Source: Desulfurococcaceae archaeon
Lineage (GTDB): Archaea > Thermoproteota > Thermoprotei_A > Sulfolobales > NBVN01
Length of the DNA stretch: 24,000 nt
Reading direction: 5' to 3'
Assembly: GCA_020833415.1 (NCBI GenBank)
Contig: JAJHQJ010000008.1
Location: 15,991 to 39,990 of the forward strand
Each line of letters starts with the position of its first letter. The stretch's first letter is position 1. Of this stretch, positions 1 through 7,350 are shown one piece after another. Made by a program: the position numbers and the translations under genes. Under the pieces are notes generated by a model, which saw nothing but the letters and a program-made list of their open reading frames with translations, made no database searches and was not told where the DNA came from.

Positions 1-8
1 TACTGCTA

Positions 9-332
9 GTGCTTACCTCAGTCTACGTAGCCCTAGCTACCGTCCTACTACCATCTACCGCGGTACTGTACTCCAGGAGGGTTTGGGGGGCTCTAGACCT
101 CGAGAACATGAGTAGGGTCCTGGAATACCTCGGGGTGGGTGTGGGGCTACTAGCATCTCTAGCTAACGTAGTACTACACGGAACCCTAGGGCTGGTCCTA
201 CTACTCCCCTACGTACTCTCCCTAGCTGTATCCAAGAAACTATCCAGCTCCACGGCAGGGCTAAGCCGTATACCGGTAGCCCTAGTAGCTGTAGTAGCAG
301 CCCTGATCACATACTACTACGGGTACGCGTAG
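9..332 (+). CDS. hypothetical integral membrane protein, possibly 5'-truncated by the window edge
   Basis: 107-codon ORF from the track. The frame stays open back to nt 3, so the true start may lie left of the window. Several hydrophobic stretches (VALATVLLPSTAVL, VGVGLLASLANVVL, LGLVLLLPYVLSLAV, VALVAVVAALI). Codon and CTAG signature match the native parts of the window. No family recognised. Confidence 0.45.
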   Translation: MLTSVYVALATVLLPSTAVLYSRRVWGALDLENMSRVLEYLGVGVGLLASLANVVLHGTLGLVLLLPYVLSLAVSKKLSSSTAGLSRIPVALVAVVAALITYYYGYA

Positions 333-337
333 CTAGG

Positions 338-505
338 AGCCCCTCGCCGAAGACGGCCCTAGGAGTCCCCCTCGCCTAGCTCATAGAGTTCATCCGGAAC
401 TCTGGCTACAGAAAGCATTATAAGCTTTACCTAACAGCATTAAGAGTTCTTAGACATTAATGAACATGAGTGTTGTAAATGATTGTGAAGATCGAAAATC
501 CCCCT
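338..505 (+). repeat. copy A of a ~170-185 bp promoter-bearing repeat element (near-identical 56-bp core at 340-395)
   Basis: By hand alignment, 340-395 (cccctcgccgaagacggccctaggagtccccctcgcctagctcatagagttcatcc) equals the reverse complement of 8068-8123 at 54/56 positions. Weaker gapped similarity continues from 396 to about 505 against 8067 to about 7946. TATA-like attataag at 417-424 sits about 25 nt from the core edge and is oriented to fire leftward (minus strand) through the core. Confidence 0.7.
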
Positions 506-548
506 TACGTTCCTAGGTTAAGCCGGTTGAGTAGGTTACCGACCTAAG

Positions 549-737
549 CTAGCTCCTACCGCACGTCTCGGGGTACTCCTTTATTAAAGCTAGTGCACTG
601 CTAAGGGATATGAGCCCCGATGTTAGTGCTAGTAGAGACGGTACGAACCTATCTACGTAGGCGAACCATAGGGATAGCACTAGAAAGGCTGATGCCATGG
701 CTACCAGTGCCGTAGCTATTAGCCTTACGTACCTCAC
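549..737 (-). CDS. small hydrophobic protein (62 aa), hypothetical
   Basis: ORF from the track with a GTG start and two predicted TM-like stretches (LIATALVAMASAFLVLSLWF, LLALTSGLISLSSALALI). No family recognised, and its short length makes it uncertain. Confidence 0.3.
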   Translation of the reverse strand: MRYVRLIATALVAMASAFLVLSLWFAYVDRFVPSLLALTSGLISLSSALALIKEYPETCGRS

Positions 738-839
738 CCCAGCTCACCCGATCCGCGTACCCCGCTAACAGTACTTGACGGTATCTGCACGTACATGTAA
801 CCTGGAAACCGTAGCGCACACGTATTTAAACTCACCCGT

Positions 840-2237
840 TCACTCCGTAACAGCCTCACCCTCTGGGGACTCCTCCCTCTTTAAGCACCTCGGTGAGGGG
901 GGTATGGTGGATACCCTCGGGGGTGCTGCTACCTCTACTACCGGGCGGGTCCAGTTACCTAGGGCTACCCAGGCTATAGCCATCACGCCACCCACTACGT
1001 TACTTATAGCCATGGATAACCATATACCCACAGGCCCCATCCCCATGGCTAGAGCGAGTACGTAGCCCAGTGCGATCCTCAGTACCCACAGCCTAGTGAA
1101 GGCTATGGCTGACGGGACGTAGGTGTGTCCAGAGCCCCTACCTACTGCGAACCCTACGAAGAACACCGAGAAGAACGGTGCGGTTAGACCGAAGTACTCT
1201 ATGAACCTAACAGCCTCCTCAAGTACCTCGGCACTGGATGTGAATACCGAGGCTATCGGGTACCTGAAGGTGTAGACCGCGGCGGCCCCGAAGCTCGTTA
1301 CGATACCTACGAAGAGGGTTGCAGCTAGGGCAGCTCTCCTGGCCTTAGAGTACATCTGCGCCCCTATTAGCTGCCCTACGACTATGGCTACAGCCTGGGA
1401 GAGCCCGAACATAGCTGCGTCAGCTATGTCCATCACCGTGAAGCCTATTGAGTAGGCTGTAGCTACGACCCTACCGAAGGTGTTGACTAGCCTCAGCTGG
1501 GCCATGAAGGCCAGGGAGTTACTCATCTGTAGAGCCGCTAGGGGTGTGGCGATCCTCAGTGAGCGGAGTATCCACGGCCCATCGGGTCTCACGAGGGTGA
1601 GCCTTACCCCGGCGAACCCCCCTATGAATAGCTTCAGAGCTACGGCAGCAACCAGAGCCCTGGATACCACCGTAGCTACGGCGGCTCCCACAACCCCCAT
1701 CCTCGGGAAGCCGAACCACCCGAATATCATGACCGGGTCTAGGACTATGTTGAGGAGGGCCCCGGCTACGCTTATGTAGGTAGGTGTCCTGGTGTCCCCA
1801 ATGGCCTGGAGCACTGTTGTGAAGGCAGTACCTAGGTACATGAAGAATATGTCGAGGAGCATTACGTTGGAGTACACCATGACGTCGTTGTAGAGCTCCG
1901 GGGGTACCGTAGTTATGTAGGTGAATATGTAGGGCCTCAGGGTGTAGTAGGTTAGGCATATAGCTGAGGCCAGGGCTAGGTTGAAGGTCAGTAGCTTGGA
2001 GGCTGTCCTACTGGCCATGTCGTACCTCTCAGCACCTACGTACTGGGAGATCATGGCTAGGTTAGCCGACGAGAGGGCCATGGCTATTGCGTAGAAGAAC
2101 ATAAGGGTGGGCCACACCTGCCTAGGGACTGCTAGGGCCCCCTCGTACAGTCTACTGAGCCACAGCGCGTCGACTAGGTTGTAGGATACGTGGACTAGCT
2201 GAGCTACCATCAGGGGCGCCGCCAGCCACAGCACCAC
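840..2237 (-). CDS. MATE family multidrug/toxic-compound efflux transporter
   Basis: 465 aa and highly hydrophobic throughout (about 12 TM). N-terminal signature LWLAAPLMVAQLVHVSYNLVDALWLSRL is typical of MATE/NorM/DinF proteins. GTG start at 2237 with an in-frame TAG 23 codons upstream and no other start codon between them. Confidence 0.85.
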   Translation of the reverse strand: MVLWLAAPLMVAQLVHVSYNLVDALWLSRLYEGALAVPRQVWPTLMFFYAIAMALSSANLAMISQYVGAERYDMASRTASKLLTFNLALASAICLTYYTLRPYIFTYITTVPPELYNDVMVYSNVMLLDIFFMYLGTAFTTVLQAIGDTRTPTYISVAGALLNIVLDPVMIFGWFGFPRMGVVGAAVATVVSRALVAAVALKLFIGGFAGVRLTLVRPDGPWILRSLRIATPLAALQMSNSLAFMAQLRLVNTFGRVVATAYSIGFTVMDIADAAMFGLSQAVAIVVGQLIGAQMYSKARRAALAATLFVGIVTSFGAAAVYTFRYPIASVFTSSAEVLEEAVRFIEYFGLTAPFFSVFFVGFAVGRGSGHTYVPSAIAFTRLWVLRIALGYVLALAMGMGPVGIWLSMAISNVVGGVMAIAWVALGNWTRPVVEVAAPPRVSTIPPSPRCLKREESPEGEAVTE

Positions 2238-2398
2238 CCTCAGGGGGCTCCCACTGACGATCCTCTCCCTATACCTCTCGGCGACCCTTAGACTACCACC
2301 CGTCTAGACCACCTCTACGTAGACCACGTACAGTACTCCGCCCTACTACTACCGCACAGAATTAAAACCGCTTCCCCAAGCTCTAGGCGGTGCCCTAG

Positions 2399-2740
2399 GT
2401 GTCTCAGGAGGTTGTCGAGGAGCTTAGGAGGAGGCTTAGGGATGGGGGCTTCAGGGTATCGGTCAGGGGGGAGGGCGGCTGCTGGGTGCTCGCCGCGCAG
2501 AGAGGTGATAGGGTATTCCTGGTCAGCCTTAGGCGCGGTAGGTTCAGCGATACCTACATAGCTAAGGTTACGGTACCGGAGAGACTCCCAGTTACAGCTG
2601 AGTGGAGTTGCGAGTCTCTGGAGTACACCCCCTACGGGTTCTACGTACTGGAGCCCAACGTGGGTAGGCTCGCGGAGGAGATTGTGGAGAGGTTCGAGAG
2701 GTTGGAGAAGCTCCTGAGGAAGTGGTCGGCGGGTGGTTAA
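2399..2740 (+). CDS. hypothetical protein (113 aa, soluble, Arg/Glu-rich)
   Basis: ORF from the track with a GTG start. TATA-like aattaaaa at 2361-2368, about 31-38 nt upstream, is consistent with a leaderless or near-leaderless mRNA. No family recognised. Confidence 0.5.
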   Translation: MSQEVVEELRRRLRDGGFRVSVRGEGGCWVLAAQRGDRVFLVSLRRGRFSDTYIAKVTVPERLPVTAEWSCESLEYTPYGFYVLEPNVGRLAEEIVERFERLEKLLRKWSAGG

Positions 2741-2768
2741 GCCGGCCTAGCCGTACTGAGGAGCGTTT

Positions 2769-2881
2769 CCCCGCCAACGGAACCGCAGGTACACGCAGAT
2801 ATCACCGAGCACCGTTGGCGGGGCTGGGCCTCGGTGCGGGCCCACCGGCTTCACCCACACCCCACGGGCCCCGCCGAGCCC
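2769..2881. other. GC-rich structured non-coding element between convergent gene ends
   Basis: Perfect 12-bp inverted repeat ccccgccaacgg (2769-2780) / ccgttggcgggg (2812-2823) with a 31-nt loop. It is followed by a second imperfect stem, gggcctcggtgcggg (2826-2840) / cccgccgagccc (2870-2881). Only low-complexity shadow ORFs overlap it. Strand unknown. Confidence 0.35.
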
Positions 2882-3012
2882 AACACCACGGGGCACTCAT
2901 CTGATTCCGATTCTCCCTACGTCACCGCAGAGCGGATCATCCGAGAAACCGTAGTGGGTCGTAGGAGCGTTTAAACGTTACTCTACGATACCAATATTCA
3001 TAAGTACTTAAC

Positions 3013-3765
3013 TTACCGCCGGTTCTGTAACAGCCTCACTACGTGCTCAGCTACGTACCTGTCCACTGCCCTGGCGAACCTCGTCTCCGCGAGTCTCTCC
3101 GGGCTACCCAGAGCTACCTCAACTGAGCTATCGTAGGGTAGTACGTATAGGGGTGCGGAGAGCCTATCGGCCAGCCTAACCGCCTCCTCGGGGACCTCCC
3201 ATGCCATGTTCAGCACCACCCCGGCGACCCTCCTGGCGACTAGCTCGGCTAACCTCGCGGTGGAGTCGAGCGATAGCCTGGAGGGGGTTGTGACTAGGAA
3301 GGAGCTGAACCTCCTGATGTAGGTGAGTAGCTCGAGTAGCTCGTCGGACATACCGGGAGGGGTGTCGACCACGAGTACGTCCAGGGGGCCCCACCTGGTA
3401 ATCGATAGGAGCTCCCTTATAGCTGAGGAGACCCCCTCGCCGCGTAGTGGTGCCGGCCTACCCAGCGTGTAGAACACCGTACTCATAACCCTAACGCCCG
3501 ATACCTCCGGTGGTACGACACCGTACTCCTCTCTAGGGACTAGGCTACCGGGTCTAATACCGAGTACTACGTGTACCGTGGGGTTGGTTACGTCTAGGTC
3601 TAGGAGGCCTACCCTAAGACCCCTCCTACCTAGGGCCAGTGCCGTAGCTACAGATACGAGGGTCTTACCAACACCCCCCTTACTACTCAGGAAGGGTACT
3701 ACAGCCCTGACCTCCCTGAGTCTCTCACCTATAGCTACGAGCCTAGGGTCCCGGAGTACGCTCAA
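3013..3765 (-). CDS. Mrp/MinD-family P-loop ATPase, likely the HypB-type nickel-insertion partner of HypA
   Basis: Deviant Walker A SSKGGVGKT near the N-terminus, VVDTPPG switch-like motif, about 250 aa. Its start overlaps the hypA stop by 4 nt (operon). Mrp/MinD-type ATPases are reported to replace GTPase HypB in Thermococcales. Confidence 0.75.
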   Translation of the reverse strand: MSVLRDPRLVAIGERLREVRAVVPFLSSKGGVGKTLVSVATALALGRRGLRVGLLDLDVTNPTVHVVLGIRPGSLVPREEYGVVPPEVSGVRVMSTVFYTLGRPAPLRGEGVSSAIRELLSITRWGPLDVLVVDTPPGMSDELLELLTYIRRFSSFLVTTPSRLSLDSTARLAELVARRVAGVVLNMAWEVPEEAVRLADRLSAPLYVLPYDSSVEVALGSPERLAETRFARAVDRYVAEHVVRLLQNRR

Positions 3766-4166
3766 GGCTCTACACCCACCAGTCTAACACCCCTACCGCT
3801 GAGCAGGGCGAAGTCGGCTGAGCCACACCTAGGGCAGCGTACGTACGCGTAGGCAGCCTCCGGGAGGAAGTGTATGGACTCCCTAACCTCGTCTGGTAGG
3901 TTAAGGTCCCTAAGTCTCCACCTAAACCCGCAGGACCTGCACTCGAAGGAGGCCTCCTCATCGACTACCTCAAATCTACCTACCTCCACACCGTAGAGGC
4001 TAGTTAGCTCCTTCAATGCGAACTCGAAGACCTCCCGGTCAACCGCCTGTAGCTCCCCTAGGGATACTACGACCCTACTAACCCTACTCCAGCCCACCTC
4101 CCTCAGGTACTGCGATAGTGTCAGTACAACGGCCTCGGCTAGGGCCCACTCGTGTACCCCGACCAC
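3762..4166 (-). CDS. hypA: hydrogenase nickel-incorporation metallochaperone HypA
   Basis: HEWALAEAVV N-terminal motif, a zinc-site pair CRSCG...CPRCGS, 134 aa. It aligns along its full length with my recollection of Thermococcus HypA. GTG start with a TAG 5 codons upstream. TATA-like cttaaagg lies about 25 nt upstream. Confidence 0.9.
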   Translation of the reverse strand: MVGVHEWALAEAVVLTLSQYLREVGWSRVSRVVVSLGELQAVDREVFEFALKELTSLYGVEVGRFEVVDEEASFECRSCGFRWRLRDLNLPDEVRESIHFLPEAAYAYVRCPRCGSADFALLSGRGVRLVGVEP

Positions 4167-4185
4167 CCAGCCTAGGTAGGCCTAG

Positions 4186-4211
4186 AGCCTTTAAGCTTAG
4201 CCAGTTTTTAG
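4186..4211. promoter_or_regulatory. divergent promoter region (hypA leftward; sRNA/xpd rightward)
   Basis: cctttaagctt (4186-4196) lies about 22-28 nt from the hypA GTG at 4166. ttttta (4205-4210) lies about 27 nt upstream of nt 4234, just before the C box at 4236. Confidence 0.4.
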
Positions 4212-4233
4212 CCCCGGTAGACCTACTATACTA

Positions 4234-4292
4234 CGGTGATGAGCAACTCGACCACTGCTTAGCCCTAGTGCTGAGGCGGTGGCTGCCTGATG
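4234..4292 (+). ncRNA. candidate C/D box sRNA (2'-O-methylation guide) forming the 5' leader of xpd
   Basis: C box GTGATGA 4236-4242. 12-nt spacer gcaactcgacca. D' CTGC 4255-4258. 9-nt loop. C' GTGCTGA 4268-4274. 12-nt spacer ggcggtggctgc. D box CTGA 4287-4290. TATA ttttta is correctly spaced upstream. Box order and both 12-nt spacers fit the archaeal consensus. Confidence 0.5.
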
Positions 4293-6086
4293 TCTTCTCC
4301 CTACCCATCGTTTAGGAAGGGTCAGAGGGAGTCCGTAGAGTTCATCAGGTCCAGGCTGGGTGGTCTAGTAGCGTTTAAGGCCCCCACGGGCTACGGTAAG
4401 ACCCTGGTCGCACTACTCTCCCACCTAGGTAGGGGTAGGGTGCTCTACGCGGTGAGGACTAGGAACGAGATGGCCCCCGTAATCCGCGAGGCTAGGCGTG
4501 TCGGGGCCTCATTCACCGTGGTCTTCAGCGGTAGGAGAATGTGCCCGGTACTTAGGGGGGCTGAGGTGGAGGCTGAGGACTTCTGGCTGAACTGCAGGCT
4601 CATGAGGCTTAAGGGTATGTGCCCCTACTACGCTAACCTGAGGAGCGCGTCGCCGCAGGAGGTGGAGGAGCTCCTGGCTAGGTCTACCCTAACAGACCCG
4701 CATAGGCTAGCCGAGGTTGTAGCTAGGGAGCTATCGGTCTGCCCGTTCTTCAGCCTAGCCGGCCTAGCTAGTAGGGTGGATGTAACCGTCGTAACCTACC
4801 CCTACGTATTCGACGACGTAGTCTACTCAACAGCATTCCAGGACGTGGGGCTCGACGAGTTCTACCTAGTCGTAGACGAGGCCCACACTCTCCTAAACCC
4901 CCAGTCCGTTATCTCCAGTTCCGTGGACCTGGCCCAGGTCCGGGAGTCCCGTAGGGAGCTCTCGGAGGTGGGGTACGTAGACCTCTCGGAGAGTCTAAGA
5001 CCTCTAGAGGAGGTCCTGTCGAGGGCTACTAGCGATAGGCTAGCGAGGGTACGTAAGGAGGACGCCGGGATCACCCCGGACGCCGGTCGGGCCCTGGAGG
5101 AGGCCCTGTACGAGGTTAGGCTAGCCTCCGTAGAGGCCCTAGCTGAGCTAGGTGTGGAGCACCTCGTCAGGCTTACCTCACCCCTGAGTAAGCTAGTCAA
5201 GTTCTACAGCCTAGCTCTCGAGGACTTCACCGGGGTCTACGCCCAAGCTACCTACGACTCAGCCGGGCTGCACGCCCTCCCCACTAGCTACGAGCCGATC
5301 AGGAGGAGGCTGAGGCTGGCTAGGGGGGTGCTACTGATGTCGGGGACCCTACCGCCCAAGCCCATCCTAGACAGGGTGGTCTCAGCTGAGAGTACGTACC
5401 TAGACGTTGAGGAGACCTACGGTAGGGTCTTCCCTAGGGAGGGGGTCTTCTACGCGGTCTACCCGAAGCTCACCACGAGCTATGCCTACAGGTCGACGAG
5501 GATGTTCATGGAGTACGCGAGGCTTGTTAGAGAGGTCTACCACAGGTGTGGGAGGGCTGTACTAGCCGTCTACCCAAGCTACGAGGTTATGAGGGAGGTG
5601 GTAATCTACCTCAGCGATGCGGGTAGCATGTACGTGGAGAGCGGTAGGAGTAGGATCTCGGAGGTAGTGGAGGTACTAGCGAAGGAGCCCCACACCCTGG
5701 TAAACGCAGTAGCCGGGGGTAAGATTGTTGAGGGGGTTGAGTTCAGGGACCCCGGCGGTAGGTCTGTAGTGGACTCAGTAGTTGTCTGCGGTGTCCCCTA
5801 TCCCCAGCCGGACGACTACCTAGAGGACTTGAGGATGTCGCTAGAGAGGGAGGTGGGCCCTCTAGCTAGGGTGGTTACTACGGATATGCTAGCAGCTATC
5901 AGGACCTCCCAAGCTATTGGGAGGGCTATAAGATCTGAGGCGGATAGAGCTTACGTAGTACTTGCTGATAGGAGGTACCTGAAGAGGGAGCTTAGGGAGC
6001 TTATGGGCCTTACCTACGATATGGTCTTCACCGACCTAGAGGAGCTGCTGAGGAGCTTGAGCAGCTTCCTCAACCCTAATACCTGA
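4290..6086 (+). CDS. xpd: XPD/Rad3-family 5'-3' DNA helicase (Fe-S cluster helicase)
   Basis: Walker A APTGYGKT, DEAH box VVDEAHTL, and four Cys in the arch/Fe-S region (RRMCPV, LNCRL, GMCPYY, SVCPFF). C-terminal helicase motifs (GGKIVEGVEF, QAIGRAIRS). 598 aa. Confidence 0.85.
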   Translation: MSSPYPSFRKGQRESVEFIRSRLGGLVAFKAPTGYGKTLVALLSHLGRGRVLYAVRTRNEMAPVIREARRVGASFTVVFSGRRMCPVLRGAEVEAEDFWLNCRLMRLKGMCPYYANLRSASPQEVEELLARSTLTDPHRLAEVVARELSVCPFFSLAGLASRVDVTVVTYPYVFDDVVYSTAFQDVGLDEFYLVVDEAHTLLNPQSVISSSVDLAQVRESRRELSEVGYVDLSESLRPLEEVLSRATSDRLARVRKEDAGITPDAGRALEEALYEVRLASVEALAELGVEHLVRLTSPLSKLVKFYSLALEDFTGVYAQATYDSAGLHALPTSYEPIRRRLRLARGVLLMSGTLPPKPILDRVVSAESTYLDVEETYGRVFPREGVFYAVYPKLTTSYAYRSTRMFMEYARLVREVYHRCGRAVLAVYPSYEVMREVVIYLSDAGSMYVESGRSRISEVVEVLAKEPHTLVNAVAGGKIVEGVEFRDPGGRSVVDSVVVCGVPYPQPDDYLEDLRMSLEREVGPLARVVTTDMLAAIRTSQAIGRAIRSEADRAYVVLADRRYLKRELRELMGLTYDMVFTDLEELLRSLSSFLNPNT

Positions 6087-6614
6087 GAGGATATCGTAGA
6101 GGAAGTAGACTAGAAGGAGAGCAGTAACCGCTGCGTAGGGTAGTGAGGCACCGAAGACCATAAACCCCCCGTAGGCCAGTACCTCCAGGGGCTCCCGAGA
6201 CTCCACCAGCCTCCCCAGCTTCTCTACTGAGCTGGGGTGTACCAGGGCTATGGATAGGGATAGTGCTACTAGTAGTAGGAGGGTCCTCAACACCCCCAAC
6301 CTACCCCTAACTAGGGCTACCCGGCAGGTAGAGTAGGTAGCCAGTAGAGCTACTAGGTTTACCGCAGCTGCTAGGGCTAGGTAGTGGGGGCTACCCAGGG
6401 TGGAGGCCTCGAAGACTAGGTCCAGTGAGGCTACCCCCAGGGCAGTTACAGCTATGGATACCGCAAAGGCAGTCTTGGAGTTACGGAATAGCGATGCGGC
6501 AGCTACAGCACCGAATACCACCTCTAGAAAGGCTGAGAGCGGTAGGAGTAGGAAGCTCGCTAGGGCTAGTAGCCCGAGCCCCAGCGCTACGTAGGTTAGG
6601 GTACCGGAGTTCAA
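6036..6614 (-). CDS. hypothetical integral membrane protein (192 aa)
   Basis: About 6 hydrophobic segments. TTG start overlaps the stop of the upstream flavin-reductase-like gene (TTGA). The 3' end overlaps the xpd 3' end by 51 nt (convergent). No family recognised. Confidence 0.5.
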   Translation of the reverse strand: MNSGTLTYVALGLGLLALASFLLLPLSAFLEVVFGAVAAASLFRNSKTAFAVSIAVTALGVASLDLVFEASTLGSPHYLALAAAVNLVALLATYSTCRVALVRGRLGVLRTLLLLVALSLSIALVHPSSVEKLGRLVESREPLEVLAYGGFMVFGASLPYAAVTALLLVYFLYDILSGIRVEEAAQAPQQLL

Positions 6615-7153
6615 AGCCCTACCACTTCACCTGAGTTAGTAGTGTACTCACTTCCTCCTACGTGGAGTATGTACCTACAGCTACCGACCCTAGGTCTGGG
6701 GCTGAAGCACTCCCCGAACTCTACCCCAACTACATCTAGGAACACGGCATCGTGGTCCCCCATCTCCACCGAGGTCCTGAGCTTACAGAAGATCACGGCT
6801 AGAGCACTCCCTAGCCATACGTAGCCATCCCTAATTACGACCCTCACCCTCGGGTTGGACATCTTACCGGGGTCCTTAGCTAGGCTTACGGTACCCAGGT
6901 AGTGCAGTACCTCCAGTTCCTCCCACGGTAGAACGCTAACCGTAGCCCTACCAGAGGACCTGAGGATCCTGTAGGTCTCCCTCCTAGGGGCTAGTGAGAC
7001 CATCAGGATCGGGGGCTCCCTAGATACGGGTGTAACCCAGGAGGCGGCTAAGCAGTCGTAGACCCCGTTAGCGTAGGAGCAGATAGCGTAGGCCGGCCTC
7101 GGGTGTAGGAGGTAGACCCAGTCCCTAGTTGGAGACCTCAAACAGCTCTCCAA
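6611..7153 (-). CDS. flavin reductase-like (FMN-binding split-barrel) domain protein
   Basis: The core LLHPRPAYAICSYANGVYDCLAASWVTPVSREPPILMVSLAPRRETYRILRSSGRATVSVL matches the flavin reductase-like domain pattern. The track ORF runs to 7342, but its first 63 codons are Gly/Pro/Ser low-complexity sequence over a hairpin-rich GC stretch. In-frame TTG codons at 7153 and 7141 would give a normal domain-sized protein. The start is therefore uncertain. Confidence 0.65.
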   Translation of the reverse strand: MESCLRSPTRDWVYLLHPRPAYAICSYANGVYDCLAASWVTPVSREPPILMVSLAPRRETYRILRSSGRATVSVLPWEELEVLHYLGTVSLAKDPGKMSNPRVRVVIRDGYVWLGSALAVIFCKLRTSVEMGDHDAVFLDVVGVEFGECFSPRPRVGSCRYILHVGGSEYTTNSGEVVGL

Positions 7154-7350
7154 CTTGTCCGACCCCCTCCCCGCCTTAAAGGGGTGAGGACTACCCGAAG
7201 CGGGAGGATTTGGAGCCACACCCCCTCTTCCCGAGGGTTTAGCCCCGAGCCGGGCCTCCGGCCCGCTACCCCCACCCCTCTCGGGGCTTGAGGTTATGGA
7301 TGCTCCAACTATCGTCGCCCGGGGCTCACAGATCTTAAACACGCATCACC
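7154..7350 (-). other. structured GC-rich leader or ncRNA candidate (alternatively a low-complexity N-terminal extension of the flavin reductase-like gene)
   Basis: TATA ttataaa (7380-7374 on the minus strand) predicts a TSS near 7350. Nested stems: gccccgag 7242-7249 / ctcggggc 7280-7287 enclosing cgggcc 7251-7256 / ggcccg 7260-7265. A further hairpin ccctc 7223-7227 / gaggg 7233-7237. No CTAG. Confidence 0.3.

Noticed and set aside
775-1959. Track ORFs 775-1065(+), 1480-1779(+) and 1519-1959(-), which overlap the MATE gene
   Set aside because: They are out-of-frame or antisense shadows of a strongly supported 465-aa transporter ORF. Their translations are low-complexity and Pro/Arg/Thr-rich, with no motifs.
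2592-2904. Track ORFs 2592-2777(-) and 2722-2904(+)
   Set aside because: Both are Arg/Pro/Gly-rich low-complexity translations of the GC-rich hairpin region and of the antisense of the 113-aa ORF. They are better explained as non-coding structure.
2759-2972. 10-bp direct repeat aggagcgttt at 2759-2768 and 2963-2972, bracketing the hairpin element; considered as a possible target-site duplication
   Set aside because: A rough estimate gives several chance 10-mer repeats within 300 nt somewhere in a 24-kb window. There are no terminal inverted repeats and no second copy of the enclosed sequence in the window.
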